Positions 27,233-40,655 of a DNA stretch of 64,000 nt are shown piece after piece (position 1 is the first letter of the stretch; the number at the start of each line of letters is the position of its first letter). Origin of the DNA: Octopus sinensis (Eukaryota); the NCBI RefSeq assembly GCF_006345805.1, contig NW_021835960.1, positions 62,001-126,000 on the forward strand, written 5' to 3'. Both the position numbers and the translations under genes were made by a program. The notes under the pieces were generated by a model. The model was given only the letters and a program-made list of their open reading frames with translations. It was not told the DNA's origin and did not search any database.

Positions 27233-30200
27233 ATATATATTATACATGTATGTGGTGCTTGAGTAGCTAAAGCTATAATGTAAAGTATGAGAAATCATGG
27301 TGAGTTAGTTAAAGGCTAATTTAATTAAGGTAGTTAAACTGTGAGATAAAATAGATACAGGTGTGGAAAGATTCTAAATTAGGGTGCAGCTGAAAGATGT
27401 AATTAAAGGAGAAAAAAACATTCATTTAAGAAAAACATTCTTTTTTTAGTATTTCAATATTGCACTACAATTGTGGAAACATGCTGTTTTATGAGTTATT
27501 GAATTTTAGATAAAAATGTGTTATCCTTATTGATTATTATTCATTAATAAATTTATTTATATATATTTTTTGCAAAAATTATCTGCTTGATCATTTCTAG
27601 ATTTTAAACCCCCATAGGGGTTTGAAAATCTTGATACAGCACTTAAATTGTTATGTGCCCCCCCCCCCTCACAGCAACCCAAAGATATTCCAGATGTGAT
27701 TCATCACCACCACTCCAGAAGTGTATTTAGTACATTAGGGAATATATTAATTATTTTTCTTAGATGCTAACATGTAATTTGAGGGAGATTTGGCTGCTAT
27801 TTCTAGTAAGTCTAATGACCATGTAGAGTCTTCTGGCTTGACTGCACCTGCATAATAAGAGAGGATTTTATTCAGTCTGCTGCTTATACAGTGCTTTACT
27901 ATTTATATCTGTTTCACATCTCCCACATTATTTATAAACCTAGGATACTGTCATTTAAACAAGTCATGTATTGTATAAAGCTGTATACAAGAATCCTATT
28001 AAGACGTTCTGTATTATTTTAGTACTTGGATTTGGTTCCTTATGTTCTGAATTCCAGTTCTTCTTTGATCAATCTTTTCTTTCATCTTTCTGAAGTTGAT
28101 AAAAGTAAAGTTCCATTTAAATGTTGGAGTCAGTCGTATCGACTACCCACTTCCCCTCAAAATCATTGGCCTTGTGCCTAAATCAGAAACCATTATTTTA
28201 GTATTTAGTGGTCATATTTATCCAGCCATCAATCCATCCATCCATACATTGGGTCATCCAACTAACCAAACATCCAGCCATCCCTCCTACACTTCACTTA
28301 TCTATCTATCAGGTTAATCAGCCAGGTATATGCTTAAGATTTAATACACAGTCATGTGGTTCCAGCTTTGGTCCCATGGCTCCACACCATAAGCAAGTAC
28401 CCTCTATGATGGCCTCTGGCTGACAAATGCCTTTATACATAAAATTTGGTTGAGAGAAATTATACAAGGGCCCATTGTATGTATGTATGTGTCTATTTAT
28501 ATATGTGTATATCAATTTGGTATAGACAAAACTGGTATGTCACACAAGAAATACTTTGTAGTATTCATGTCCAACTAAAAACTTGAAACAATGTCTTACT
28601 TTTCATTTCTTACGGAAAGAAAAGATAAAATAATATCAGAGTACTGAAGTCAATATAAATGACTTAGAAAGATTTTTTAGATATCATTCATGGCAGTACC
28701 CCTGCATGGCAGCTATCCAATGACTGAAACCAATGAAAAAATTGTAGAAAACCATAATTTAAAAGTGTAATTGCACATTTTGAATTCTGAATTGTGTAAT
28801 CAAGAAAATAAAGATGTAGAGATAAAGAGCAAAAATGAAAAATAAAAGGCTAATGTATTTCAGACAGAATAATATTACAAAGAGAGTATTCTACCATTCC
28901 TTATTCGAATTTGCAAATTATATCAAGGGATTAAGATTTTATCCCAGTGTTGCATTATTTAGGTAATGATTTGCTTGAGAAATTTGAAAATGGTGTGTTA
29001 TGTTTAAAAATTTGAAGTCCAATGGGAATCCAATAGAATGTTGCTAATTACGTTGTTACATCTATTTTTTAAAAAATTAATTTTATATCAAATTCAGTGA
29101 ACAATAACATCCTTAGCTGATGGTTTCCAGATAGCCCCTTCCCGACTGTGAGAGTGGCAAGGAGTGATTATGTAACTTGGACAAAGTAAATACCACAAGA
29201 GCTATTTTTGTTCAGATGCCTCAGGTATGGCTGTCAGTTTAAGAAGTTGACTCCCAAGCCAAATGGTTTTAGAGTCAGTCCCACTGCACAGCACCTTGAG
29301 CAAGTGCCACACAATATTTTTAATCAAGCATTACCATCGAACAAGCAGTGCTGCTAATTTCCAATCTTCCACGAAAGCATATCTAATTATGGGTAAAGTA
29401 CTATTTGGAAACAGGTGAGAGTTGGTCACAAGAAGGGCATCTGCCCATAGAAATTTACTTCAGCCATTTCCATTTGATACATGCAAGCACAAATGATGGT
29501 GATGATGATGATGGCTTGTGTTTCTGGTTAAACAAAAACTGATGGAATACAGTCTGCCTAAAGTTTATTTTCTGAGTTCAAAGTCTTATTTGGATTAACC
29601 TCACACTTTACCACTCTGACAACATAAATAGCAGTAATATACTGAGGTACATTCAACCGGCTATACCTATCTGCTATAAATTTCTGGCTTTGTGACAATG
29701 TTGAGAAATCAATATTCTGCAAGTAATGCAGTCAGCATGTGAACAAAGAGATATAGTGGAATTCCAGCTATGTGCACAAATAATCAATATTGCGAGTGCA
29801 TGAAATGCTTCGGTGAAACTGGATGTAAACAGCAAGAAGGTTATTAAATGTTGCAATGGGTCAGTGGAGCTAATAAATAAGTTCCTTTTCCCTAAGTAAC
29901 TAGAGCTTAGAAGTGTAGGTAAAGTATTAGCTGTGGTGGCTGAAAAAAAAGATGTAGGAGCTTTCCGTCTCTATTGATCTAGGGCGAAAGTGAAGGAGAA
30001 GGAAAAAAAGAGAGACAGAAAGAGTGTGTATGTGAGTGTGTGTGTTTATGTATAAAGTTAGATTATATGATCCATCAGTCTGAACTTTAATATTACATAA
30101 CAATGAGCCTTGGACAATGAAAGCCAAGCATTCCATGTAACGGGAGAATATGATCTATTGAATGTGTAATAAGCTTAGGAGAGGAAAGGGGATGGTTTGG

Positions 30201-31719
30201 ATATTTTAAAATATTTTTTCTCTTTTTTTTTTTAATCACATTTCATGAACAATAGCATTGTTAGTTATAGGTTTCCAACAGGCCAATCACTGGTTCACTG
30301 CAGTTTTTGATGGCAAAAGTGACAAGGCAGCATCATCTGTTTCAACTCAAGCAGAACAAATACCTCTAGGTATTTTTGTTCAAAAGCACTTGTTTATTGG
30401 TTTTCTTGCCAATATATATAATAATAATAATAATAATAAACATTGTGTACAGTGCTCAGGTGCACTACAACTCATCTAAAGTGCATATATAATCAGGTGT
30501 AGTTTCGACGGATTTCGGAAAGCATGAGGGCCTTAACACTATGTATACCAATTTTCTTTCTTGACCACACAGCCCCAATTTTTCTCAATCTCCTTTTGGA
30601 GAGGTTAACAGAGGTTATGTGAAGGCACATGACTCACTGATTACAGCATCGGGCTCACAATCATGAGGTAATGAGTTTGATTCCTGGACTATGTATATAT
30701 CTTATATATTAGACATTTATGGATTTATATATATATATATATGTGTGTGTGTGATTATTACCATTAAATAGATGCAGGAGTGGCTGTGTGGTAAGTAGCT
30801 TGCTTCCCAACCACATGGTTCCAGGTTCATTCCTACTGTGTGGCACCTTGTGAGTGGATTTGGTAGACGGAAACTGAAAGAAGCCCGTCGTATATATGTA
30901 TATATATATGTACATAGATGTGCAAACACATAAACAGACTGATGCTGGTTGTCAATTGGTGGTGGTGGCAGGACAAACACAGACACAAAAACACACATAC
31001 ATGTATGTATCTATACTCACACACACACTCACATGATGGATTTTCACATAGTTTCCATTTACTATATTCACTCAAAAAGTTTTGATTGACATGGGACTAT
31101 AGTAGAAACACTTACCCATGGTGCTGCAAAGTGGGACTGAACCCATAATCACGTGATCGCAAAGCAAACTTCTTAACTACACAACCATGCTTTATAAAAT
31201 ATGAAAGAAAAAAAAAAAGTTTCCTAAGCTGGTGATTGAGAGTCATATAATCAAAGATGTAGAAAGCAGCTAGACTCAGAACTTATATTCTGAGATTAAT
31301 AAGCTTCAAACACAACACAGCTTAGAAGCTACTGCATAGATCTAATATGCTAATGCAAGCAAGCTTCATTTAAACTTATGGTGGCTGTTGTTTGTTTGTT
31401 TCTATGTATGTTTGTATGTACGTATAAACTTACTTGGAAATGGATGTGTGGCATTCAATTAAATAATCTAAATAATATATATATATTTATATATATATAT
31501 ACATATCCATATACACACACACACACATATATATATATGCATATATGGGTGTGTGTGTGTGTGTGTATATATTTTTATATATATATATATTTTTGCCTGC
31601 TCGCTTAGCCAGCGGGGTGGCGTCATTCGAAGGCTAAAACAATGCTAACGCATTGTGACCAGCGATGTGTAACAACATCTGATGGTCTAGTCGGTCATGT
31701 GATCACGTGATATATATAT

Positions 31720-31905
31720 ATTTTAGCTCCTACACGCATTTTTTTCTCTCCTTGTTTCTTTTCTGTGTATCTTTCTGTCGAAGAGCATACGCTCGAAACG
31801 TAAAAGACTTGTTTTATTTCTATTCCTGAGCGCCATACTAATACAATTGTTTGTTTGTACTCCACCTGCCTTCGTGTTTTGTTTATTTTCGTAAACCTTC
31901 CCGTT
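31720..31905 (+). mobile_element. Penelope-like terminal fragment with a minimal hammerhead-like motif
   Basis: tctttctgtCGAAGAGcatacgctCGAAACGTAaaaga at 31770-31808; homologous copy on the opposite strand at 36910-37075; both next to (TA)n. Confidence 0.55.
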
Positions 31906-32026
31906 ATATATAGGTGTATATGTATATGTGTGTGTATGTATGTATATGTATGTATGTGTATATGTATGTGTATATATATTTATGTATGTATGTATATATA
32001 TATATATATATATGTATATGTATGTA

Positions 32027-32078
<52 letters not shown>

Positions 32079-32266
32079 GAGAGAGATACTTTGATGCACT
32101 ATTATATAAGACAAATGGATTAAATGGATAGAATAAGTACTAGGCTTCCAAAGAATAAGTCCTGGAGTCGATTTGCTCGACTAAAGGCGGTGCTCCAGCG
32201 TGGACACAGTCAAATAACTGAAACAAGTAAAAGAGTAAAGAGTATATATTACGGAGATGTACTTGC

Positions 32267-32580
32267 ATGGCAAGTGACCTGATCTGAGATCGTGTGTTGA
32301 AACAAAAACAGTTGCAGTGTGGAAGGTGTTTGTAAGCCATTTAAAAACACACAAAAACTGTTAGATTCACTTCAACGTTTAAATATAATTTGTCAAAATA
32401 TTTTTGTCATTTTAAGACTGCAACCTGATCACTGACAAAATTCCGTGCTACATTTTATCAGTGATCAGGTTGCGGTCTCAAAGCAACGAAAATATTTTGG
32501 CAAATTAAATTTAAATGTTGAAGTGCATCTAACGGTTTTTGTGTGTTTTTAAATGGCTTAGAAACACCTATCACGCTTCC
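32267..32580. mobile_element. Palindromic (foldback) repeat element
   Basis: About 32320-32445 is inverted relative to about 32457-32578; same family as 63409-63726. Confidence 0.85.
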
Positions 32581-33287
32581 TTCATTTTTCCATCTACTAA
32601 ATCACTCACAAAACCACGGTTGAGAAATAAGCTTCTCCACTGCACAAATACACTTTGTGCTTATCAATGACAACAATATTTAATTTTTTATATTTCTGTT
32701 TTCTTCAAAGTGGAAAATATATTGGTGTGTGTTTTACCACTCTTCTGCCAAAGTAACAGAGAGTGAGATTTATTTCTCATTCACCTAATGATTTTTAGAA
32801 CAGAACTAAACTTCAGTTTTATGAACTTTTGCCAGTGGTGTATGAAAAGAAGATGAAAAAAAATAAATAAAAAGAGAGAGAGAGAAAGAAATTTCTTCCT
32901 TTTAACTTACAGAATAAATTTATCTTAATTTTAGTTTAAATGTGTTGAACATTTTAGACATAGTTAAAATGAAATAAATCTTTAACTACCATCTTAAGAT
33001 GGGTAGTTAAATGAGATTTACTGAAAAAAAAATTGTTACTGTAATTTTTATGATCTAGCCTTTGGAATAATCTACTTTTACATTAGATATTCTGATAAGA
33101 TTCTCAGAAACTCTGTGTTAATATGACATAAATTGCTTATGTAATATTTATGCTATGGCTTTTGGAACTTACCACTTTTACATTAGATATCTTTAAAAAT
33201 TGTCAGAATCATCTGCATAAACATTACACACATGAAGAACTCTGGAATATATATATACATATATATATGGGTGTGTGTATGTATGTA

Positions 33288-33321
<34 letters not shown>

Positions 33322-33528
33322 TTTTACTTTTATTCTTTTGTTTTGGTCATTTGACTGTGGCCATGCTGGAGCACCACCTTAAAGTGTGTTAGTTGAAGAA
33401 ATCAACCTCTGGACTTATTCTTTGTTAGCCTAGTACTTATTCTCTCATTCACTTTTGCCGAACCGCTAAGTTACAGAGACATAAACACACCAGCATCGGT
33501 TGTCAAGCAATGGCAGGGGTCAAACACA

Positions 33529-33625
<97 letters not shown>

Positions 33626-33810
33626 GCATGCACACACAGAAATATATGCACATATATATACAATGGGCTTCTTCTAGTTTCCATCTACCAAATCCACTCA
33701 CAAGGCATTGGTTGGCCCAAGGCTATAGTAGAAGATACTTGTCCAAGGTGCTATGCAGTGGGACTGAACCCGGAACCATGTGGTTGGGAAGCAAGCTTCC
33801 TACCACACAA
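33322..33810 (-). mobile_element. SINE family A with long (CA)n
   Basis: Sequence similarity. Confidence 0.88.
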
Positions 33811-34164
33811 CCACAAATTATTTTGGTTGATTTAGTCTCTTGCAACTCTGAGTTTCGCCTTTGGTTACACAGAGTCTTCAGGCAAGTCATGACTGAAGAA
33901 TTGATGGAATATATACATATATAGACTGATTCAATCAAAATAAAGATATTGATTTCAAATTTTAGCATAAGGCCAGAAATGTTGGGGGAGGGGTTATTCA
34001 ATTACATTGACTCCAGTACTCAGCTGGTACTTATTGTATTTACCTTGAAATACAATAAGCATGCTAATGAATCTACCCACCCCCACTGTCCCCAAAATAA
34101 AAATATTGTTAATCTCTACTATAGTGTCAAGTATTCTTTCTTTTTACAGTCAACACTAAATGGA

Positions 34165-34199
<35 letters not shown>

Positions 34200-35869
34200 C
34201 ATTGAAAAGACAGCTGTATTGAAAATGCATTCATGAAACGTCTGCTTTATATTCTAAATATATCGTTATCTCATTTCCCAACACTAATACAATTTGTTAC
34301 AATCAAACACCAATTAAGATGTTCTACAAGTGTCACACTTTAAGAGAAAAAAACCCATAAAAACATGCACTATACAAACATTTGGGTTTGTTTTAAACAA
34401 TAGATATTTGTCTAGAAATAACAGTGTGTAAAGTTTCCAGTTTTAAAATTCACAATAGCACACATTTTTGAGCTTTCATTTTCTATTTAACTCAACAATC
34501 AAACCAAATAAATATATAACAACTGTATATATTAGAGGTGTCTCAATCTCATCTCTCCTTTTTTATAAAATTAATGACATTATATAAAATATTAATTTCT
34601 TTATATTTCCTAACGGTCTTTTAGTTCTTGAAAGACTGGTAGAGATAGGGGTGGTTCAGTGAATAAATATTTGATTTCTTACATTGGCACAAAACCTCAT
34701 CCTTGGGCAATTTTTATAGACAATGATATCAAACTCTTGTACATTATCTTACCAACCTCAGAAATATGGAAGTCTGTGTCATGCTGTATCTTCCTGAAAA
34801 CTGTGTTAAGTGTATGCATATCTGTGGAGTGAGGGGTCAGGCACTTGCATGTTAATTTCATGGGAGGAATGTTCTGTTGATCAGATCATCTGGAACCCAC
34901 ATTGTCGTAACTGACTGAGTACCAGCTTGTGAACATGACTGTGGTGAGTGCAGAATTTCACATGTGTGAGCACTCATATGTATGATATATGGTTTGTATA
35001 TTGTAAACGATTTGCTGATGTCCATAAGTGAATAATTTTTGACTTTGAAAAAAAGAACGGAATGTAACAATCATTATTTGTATTAATGGGGGGTCTCAAT
35101 GAGAGTTTGAATTATTTGGTATTATGGTAATGTTTATTTACTTTTATTTTTTATTTTCATTTTTTCCACATTTCTGTTTATAATTACAGAAAAATATGTC
35201 GGCTCACTTGTTAATATTTCATGACCAGCATCAAATTAATAACTTTGTTTTTTTTTTTTTTTGCATATTTATTTGTTTTTGTTTTTTAAAGGATGGTATA
35301 TAGATAAGTAGCACGGGTTAGATAGCTGGGTTTGCTGATTTGTAATTGTTATTTTAATTTGCCCAGCACTTAAATAATGAGAAAAGCAGTGAGAAACAGA
35401 CGTGTTAATAGTATGGCGATTTCATTTTAAATGTAGAATTTATCAGTGGAATGTGGAGAAACTATCAATTGAAAGGAGAACTCAAGTGGAGAGAGTAACA
35501 ATTGGCATTCTAAGCATTTGCTTGTGTTGTATCACTCCCTAGTTAAAACCAGTGCACAGCTCAAAAATATCATAGAGAATTAATTAACTGCTTTTGATTC
35601 CAACCTGCCAGACACTGGCTTTAGGTTTTGGATACAAAATTGTCTGTTTTAATATGTTCTTTTATCTTTTATTTTTTACTTGTTCTAGTCATTGGAATGC
35701 AGCCAAGCTGGGGCATTGCCTTGAAGGGTTTAGTCAACTAAATTGAGCAGTTAATTTTTTTAAGCTTGGTACTTATTTTGGTTTCTTCTTTCTGAACCAC
35801 TAAATTATGGGGATGTAACAAACCAACATCGGTTATCAAGCAGTTGTAGGGGACAAACACAAGCACATG

Positions 35870-35900
<31 letters not shown>

Positions 35901-36319
35901 AAGTTTTTGTATGTGGAAGATACACAGGAGCCATAAAAGCTACAGACACCTGGGAAATTGATTTTCTCTAATGCTGTAGAGGCTCTTTAGAGGTAGTGGA
36001 TAATTTCTGCTACCTAGGAGACCTAATTAGCTGTGTGGAAGTGTAATTGCTAGAATAAGAATAGGATAGAGAAAATTCAGAGAGCCTGTACTTCCTCTGT
36101 TGGCATCCAAAGATCTCTCTCTCTCTCTCTCTCTCTCCAAGTGAAAGGAAGATTGTATGATGCATGTGTACAAACAACGATACTACATGGTAGTGAGACA
36201 TGGGCCTTAAATGCAGAAGATATACAAAACTAAAGAGGAATGAAGCTAGTATATTCTGCTTCATGTGCAGTGTAAGTATACATGTGCAACAGAGCACTAG
36301 TGTATTGAGAGAGAAGTAA

Positions 36320-36815
36320 AGCATAAGAGGAATTAGTTGCAGTGTGCAAGAGAGAAGACTGCACTGGTTAGATCATGTGACATGTATGAATATAGACAGT
36401 TGCATTATACAAGTGCCTATCACTTAAAGTGGATGGAACTTGTGGAAGAGGAAGACCCAGGAGGACATGGGACAAAGTATTGAAGGTCAATTTCAAGACA
36501 TTGAGCCTTACGAAGGAGATGACAAAAGACTGAGTTATCTGGCACATTGCTGTACTCAAGAAGACCTGTCTACCACAGCAGAAGTGATACTGGTGCTGGA
36601 ACCACATATAAAGCACTTGTGTTGGTGTCTTGTAAAAGGTACTGGTGCTGGTGCCACACACAAAAGCACCCAGTTCATTCTATAAAGTGGTCAACGTTAG
36701 GAAGGATATCCAACTGCAGAAACCAAGCCAGAACTGACAATAGAGCATAGAGCATTTCCCAGCATTAGCAGCTCCCATTGAACCATAGAAAACAGACATT
36801 AAATGATGATGATGG
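36320..36815 (+). mobile_element. RTE-clade LINE 3' end (degraded ORF C-terminus plus 3' UTR)
   Basis: Joined frames give SVQERRLHWLDHVTCM..KCLSLKVDGTCGRGRPRRTWDKVLKVNFKTLSLTKEMTKD*VIWHIAVLKKT, the RLxWxGHV...GRGRPxxTW signature; then the ttaggaagg motif and a (GAT)n tail. Confidence 0.88.
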
Positions 36816-36822
36816 CGATATA

Positions 36823-36890
<68 letters not shown>

Positions 36891-36909
36891 TATAGAAAAA
36901 AACAAAAGA

Positions 36910-37075
36910 TGAAGATGGGTGTGTAAACAACAAACAGATATATTAGTTTAACGCTCGGGAAGTTAGAAAGTCTTTTACATTTTGAGCCTACGCTCTTCGA
37001 TAGAAAGGAACACAGAAATAAGCAGAAAGGGAAAATAGAAGAAAGGTTTATTGGCTAGCGATCTATCATGGCGAG
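36910..37075 (-). mobile_element. Penelope-like terminal fragment, second copy
   Basis: Reverse complement reads ctttctatcgaagagcgtaggctcaaaatgtaaaagact. Confidence 0.5.
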
Positions 37076-38291
37076 TATATGTGTGTGTGTGTGTAGATAA
37101 ATTTTGAGTTAGAGATTATGCAACCATCTAGGGGATAAATGTATCCGTAGTCACTACTGGTGTATTACCTCACTATGTATAGGCCTTGTAATGACAGGTT
37201 AACAGTAGTTAGTAATTTAAATGGTAAACCGTAGTTTAACATACTCAGATAAGAAAAGAAATGGAGCAACAATTAACAATTAGAAGTTGATCATTGGTAT
37301 TAAAAGGTCATAGATTAATTGTAGTTAAAAAACATTTACTACTGTTTCAGTTTGTTATTTTTGAAGTGAATTTGGGATTCGAACTCACAACATCACAGTC
37401 GTAAGTTCGATGCTCTAACCACTAAGCCATGAAATAAAGTACACAAAAATATAAAACTATCACAAGAGAGAGCTAATGAAATTATTCATGCATAAGTCCT
37501 GATTTATCTAAAATTAATTGCCTGTTAGCAACATAAAGTCTTGAGAGTTTTGGGTTTGTGTGTGTAAATATATGTAAATATATATATATTTATATATGTA
37601 CATATGTGTAAATGTGTGTGTGTGTGTGTAAGTCATTGAAATGATTTTTTAAAAATAAGATTGTATGATTATTTTTTAAAAGTATTAAACTCAAATTTAT
37701 TGATAAAATGTATAATATATTTTTTAAAATTTTTACATCTACATTATACTTTGATCTTTTGGATTACTTATTGTAATCAAGCGTTTTGTTCCTCGCAGTG
37801 ATATATTCACAGACTGGATTCAAATATAAAGATTTATTTATAAAATGCAATACCGTACTTTCCCACATATACATACTCCTGTGACCTACTGGAGAAGAGT
37901 ATGATTATCTTTGGTTTGCAAATAAAGGTTCCAAGTTTAAATCCAGTCTGGGACTATGTATACAACTAGTAATAAAGCACATGATAATGATTAGTTATCA
38001 AACTGCTCAAAGCTTAAATGTAAATATCAAATGTTTTTCATTTCCAAAGATGATATTAATAGTCTATGAAAATACAGTCTTATTTATCTTGTCTGTGTTA
38101 TGGCCGTAAAACCAAAAATACGTAACAACCTTTATGTGTGCTTTATGATTTTGTTAATATTTATTTCATGCTTTCAGACTTTGGTGATATTTATTTTTAA
38201 AAATGTAAAGTAAATATTGATTTTTATATATTAGCATAATTTAATAATTTATTTCAAATGCTAATTTACTTTATTATTCTATTATAGGAAA

Positions 38292-38498
38292 ATGGGTATT
38301 GCAAATGACCTCCAAGGGAGGTCATCACATGAGGCCCTCATTCGCCTCTTGGATGAAGAACTTAGCCTTATGGAGACCATGAAAAAGTGTATGGCCATTC
38401 GAGTTGAAGGTGACCGGAAATATGTAGATATGCTCTCTAACTTTCTACAAGCTGCTCAGAAAATTGGAACAGTGGAATTTCAAACATCAATATATCGA
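38292..38498 (+). CDS. FER: Fer/Fes tyrosine kinase, coding exon 1 (F-BAR/FCH N-terminus)
   Basis: MGIANDLQGRSSHEALIRLLDEELSLMETMKKCMAIRVEGDRKYVDMLSNFL aligns without gaps to the recalled vertebrate FER N-terminus ([40 protein letters not shown]). Acceptor ttctattatag ends at 38287; donor CGA|gtaagt at 38499; 207 nt, phase 0. Confidence 0.95.
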
Positions 38499-38623
38499 GT
38501 AAGTAACTAATTCTTTTAAAATATCTTAAACCTTTGTTTTTATGATTAACTTTTTCTATTTAAAACATAAAAATAGAATGACATTTTTTAAAGACATTTA
38601 TATAAGTTTTCTATTAACTGGAA

Positions 38624-38945
38624 CTCTGTCAGTTGTAATGACCAGTGTTCCAGATAACCTGATTAATGGAACAGCCTGCTTGTGAAATTAACATGCAAGT
38701 GGCTGAGCACTCCACAGACACATGTACTCTTATTGTAGTTCTCAGGAAGATTCAGCATGATACAGAGTGTGACAAGGCTGGCCCTTTGGAATACAGGTAC
38801 AATTCATTTTTGCCATCTGTGTGGACTGGAGCAACATGAAGTAAAGTGTCTTGCTCAAGGACAGAATGCGTTGCTGGTAATTGAACTCATGACCTTGCAA
38901 TCATGAGCCAAATACCCTAGCCACTATGCTACACACCCACCTTCA
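38624..38945 (-). mobile_element. tRNA-headed SINE family C, tail type 2
   Basis: Reverse of the head tggctagggtatt..gagttcaattacc and core gtccttgagcaagacactttacttcatgttgctccagtcc. Confidence 0.75.
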
Positions 38946-38989
38946 CACATAAGTTCTCTACTGTAGTAAGGGCCAAATTAGTAATTAAA

Positions 38990-39235
38990 TAGTCATGTGA
39001 TCACATGAATGACCAGACTATCAGATGTTATACATCGCTAGTCACAATGCACTTTTGCATCAGTTTATCCTAAGCAAGCAGGCCAACATTTCCCCTTGAT
39101 CAAAAGGGGGGAACTGGTGCAATGTGAAACGAAGTGTTTCATTCAAGAACTCAAAGTGCTACCTAGTCTGGGAATTGAACCTATGATCTAAGAATCATGA
39201 GTGCAAGAGCCTAACCACTAAGCCATGCACCTTCA
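38990..39235 (-). mobile_element. SINE family C, tail type 3
   Basis: Same head and core, different tail (cacaatgc..tgatcacatg); this tail also occurs at about 31600-31710. Confidence 0.7.
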
Positions 39236-39374
39236 TTATATAATACAAACCGATAATATTTGGGATGAGACAGAGGTGATTTGAGAGTGATTCAACTGAG
39301 TACACTCTTTCCCTTAAAACAATCTTGCTTTATGCCTTGCTAAAATATATAAATATTAGGTTCATGTCATTGTC

Positions 39375-39660
39375 ATAATCATCGTTTAACATCCTCCTTC
39401 CATGCTGGCATGGGTTGGACAGTTTGACAGGAGCTGGCCAGGCAGGAGCCTGCGCCATGCTTCTGTGTCTGTTTTGATATGTTTTTTTTTTATGGCTGGA
39501 TGCCCTTCCCAACACCAACCACTCTGCAGAGTGAGCTGAGTGCTTTTTACGTGGCACTCACACAAGCAAGGTCAGTTTTGGCAAGGTTTTTACAGTTGGG
39601 TGCCCTTCCAAAGGCCAACCACTTTACAAGTGTGGACTGGATGCTTTTTAAGTGGCACCA
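39375..39660 (-). mobile_element. RTE 3' UTR fragment
   Basis: catcgtttaacatcc..ggatgcccttcccaacaccaacc. Confidence 0.8.
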
Positions 39661-40436
39661 TGTATAGCTGTGTAATTAATAGGCTTACTTTGCAGCTACA
39701 TGTTTTTGGGGCTTGGATCCTACTTCATGGCTCCTTAGGTATGAGTTTTTTACTGGAGCCTCAGGATGACCAACACCTTATCAATGAAATTTGGTTGACA
39801 GAAAATGTGAAGGCTTGTTTGCGCATGTGTGTGTGTGCGCACATGCATGCATATGTGTGTGTGTATGTGTGCATGTTTGTGTGTGAGTATATATATATCT
39901 ATGTCTCTGTTTGTCTATACCTATGTAAAATAGAAAATCAAGTTGCAACCTTTCTTGCTAATTGGTTACTTAACCATTCAATGAGCAAGGATCAATAAAA
40001 TAAGTGGCAGACTATATACTGGGATTCAATGTGATTGACTAAAAAACTCTTGAATGTGATATTCCAACATGGCTGCAGTCCTCTGCCTGAAACCTCTATA
40101 AAACTAAAAGAAAATTAAAGTGACAGAGGTATGGTAGAAATGGTAGAACTCAGGAATGAATTATTACTTCAAGTATATAGTTTCTGATTTCAAATCCCAG
40201 GGACAAACTTTGCTCTTTGATTTCTCCTGGATTGTGAAAAAAAGTAACACTCATATAATGTGGTTAATATGCCTTCTTTACAAATCTTTCTCATATTGTA
40301 CCATGATAAGAAATGAACATTTGTGTATAACTTTAAGCAGTTGGATGATGAGAGGCTCATAGAAATAGTTATGTTTTTATGTATATATTTTAAACAAATT
40401 CACTTGGGTTATTAGATATAAAAAAAAAACATTTAA

Positions 40437-40655
40437 CACTTTAGTGTTTAAACTGGCCAAATCAGGCACTTGTTCTACCTTGTTTTATGTTCAGACCAGC
40501 TCAATTTGACCTCTCACACTTATCCTACAATGTCATTCTAAAAGTAAACAATCCCATCACCAAATCTCAAATATGTGAGATAATGCCTGATTAGTTCAAA
40601 ACACATGTGAATACATAAGCATTACATTTGTCAGAGTAATCTGAATGCTAAAGGG
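40437..40655. mobile_element. piggyBac-like MITE
   Basis: ttaa|cactttag ... ctaaaggg|taaa; homologous to 50986-51205. Confidence 0.7.
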
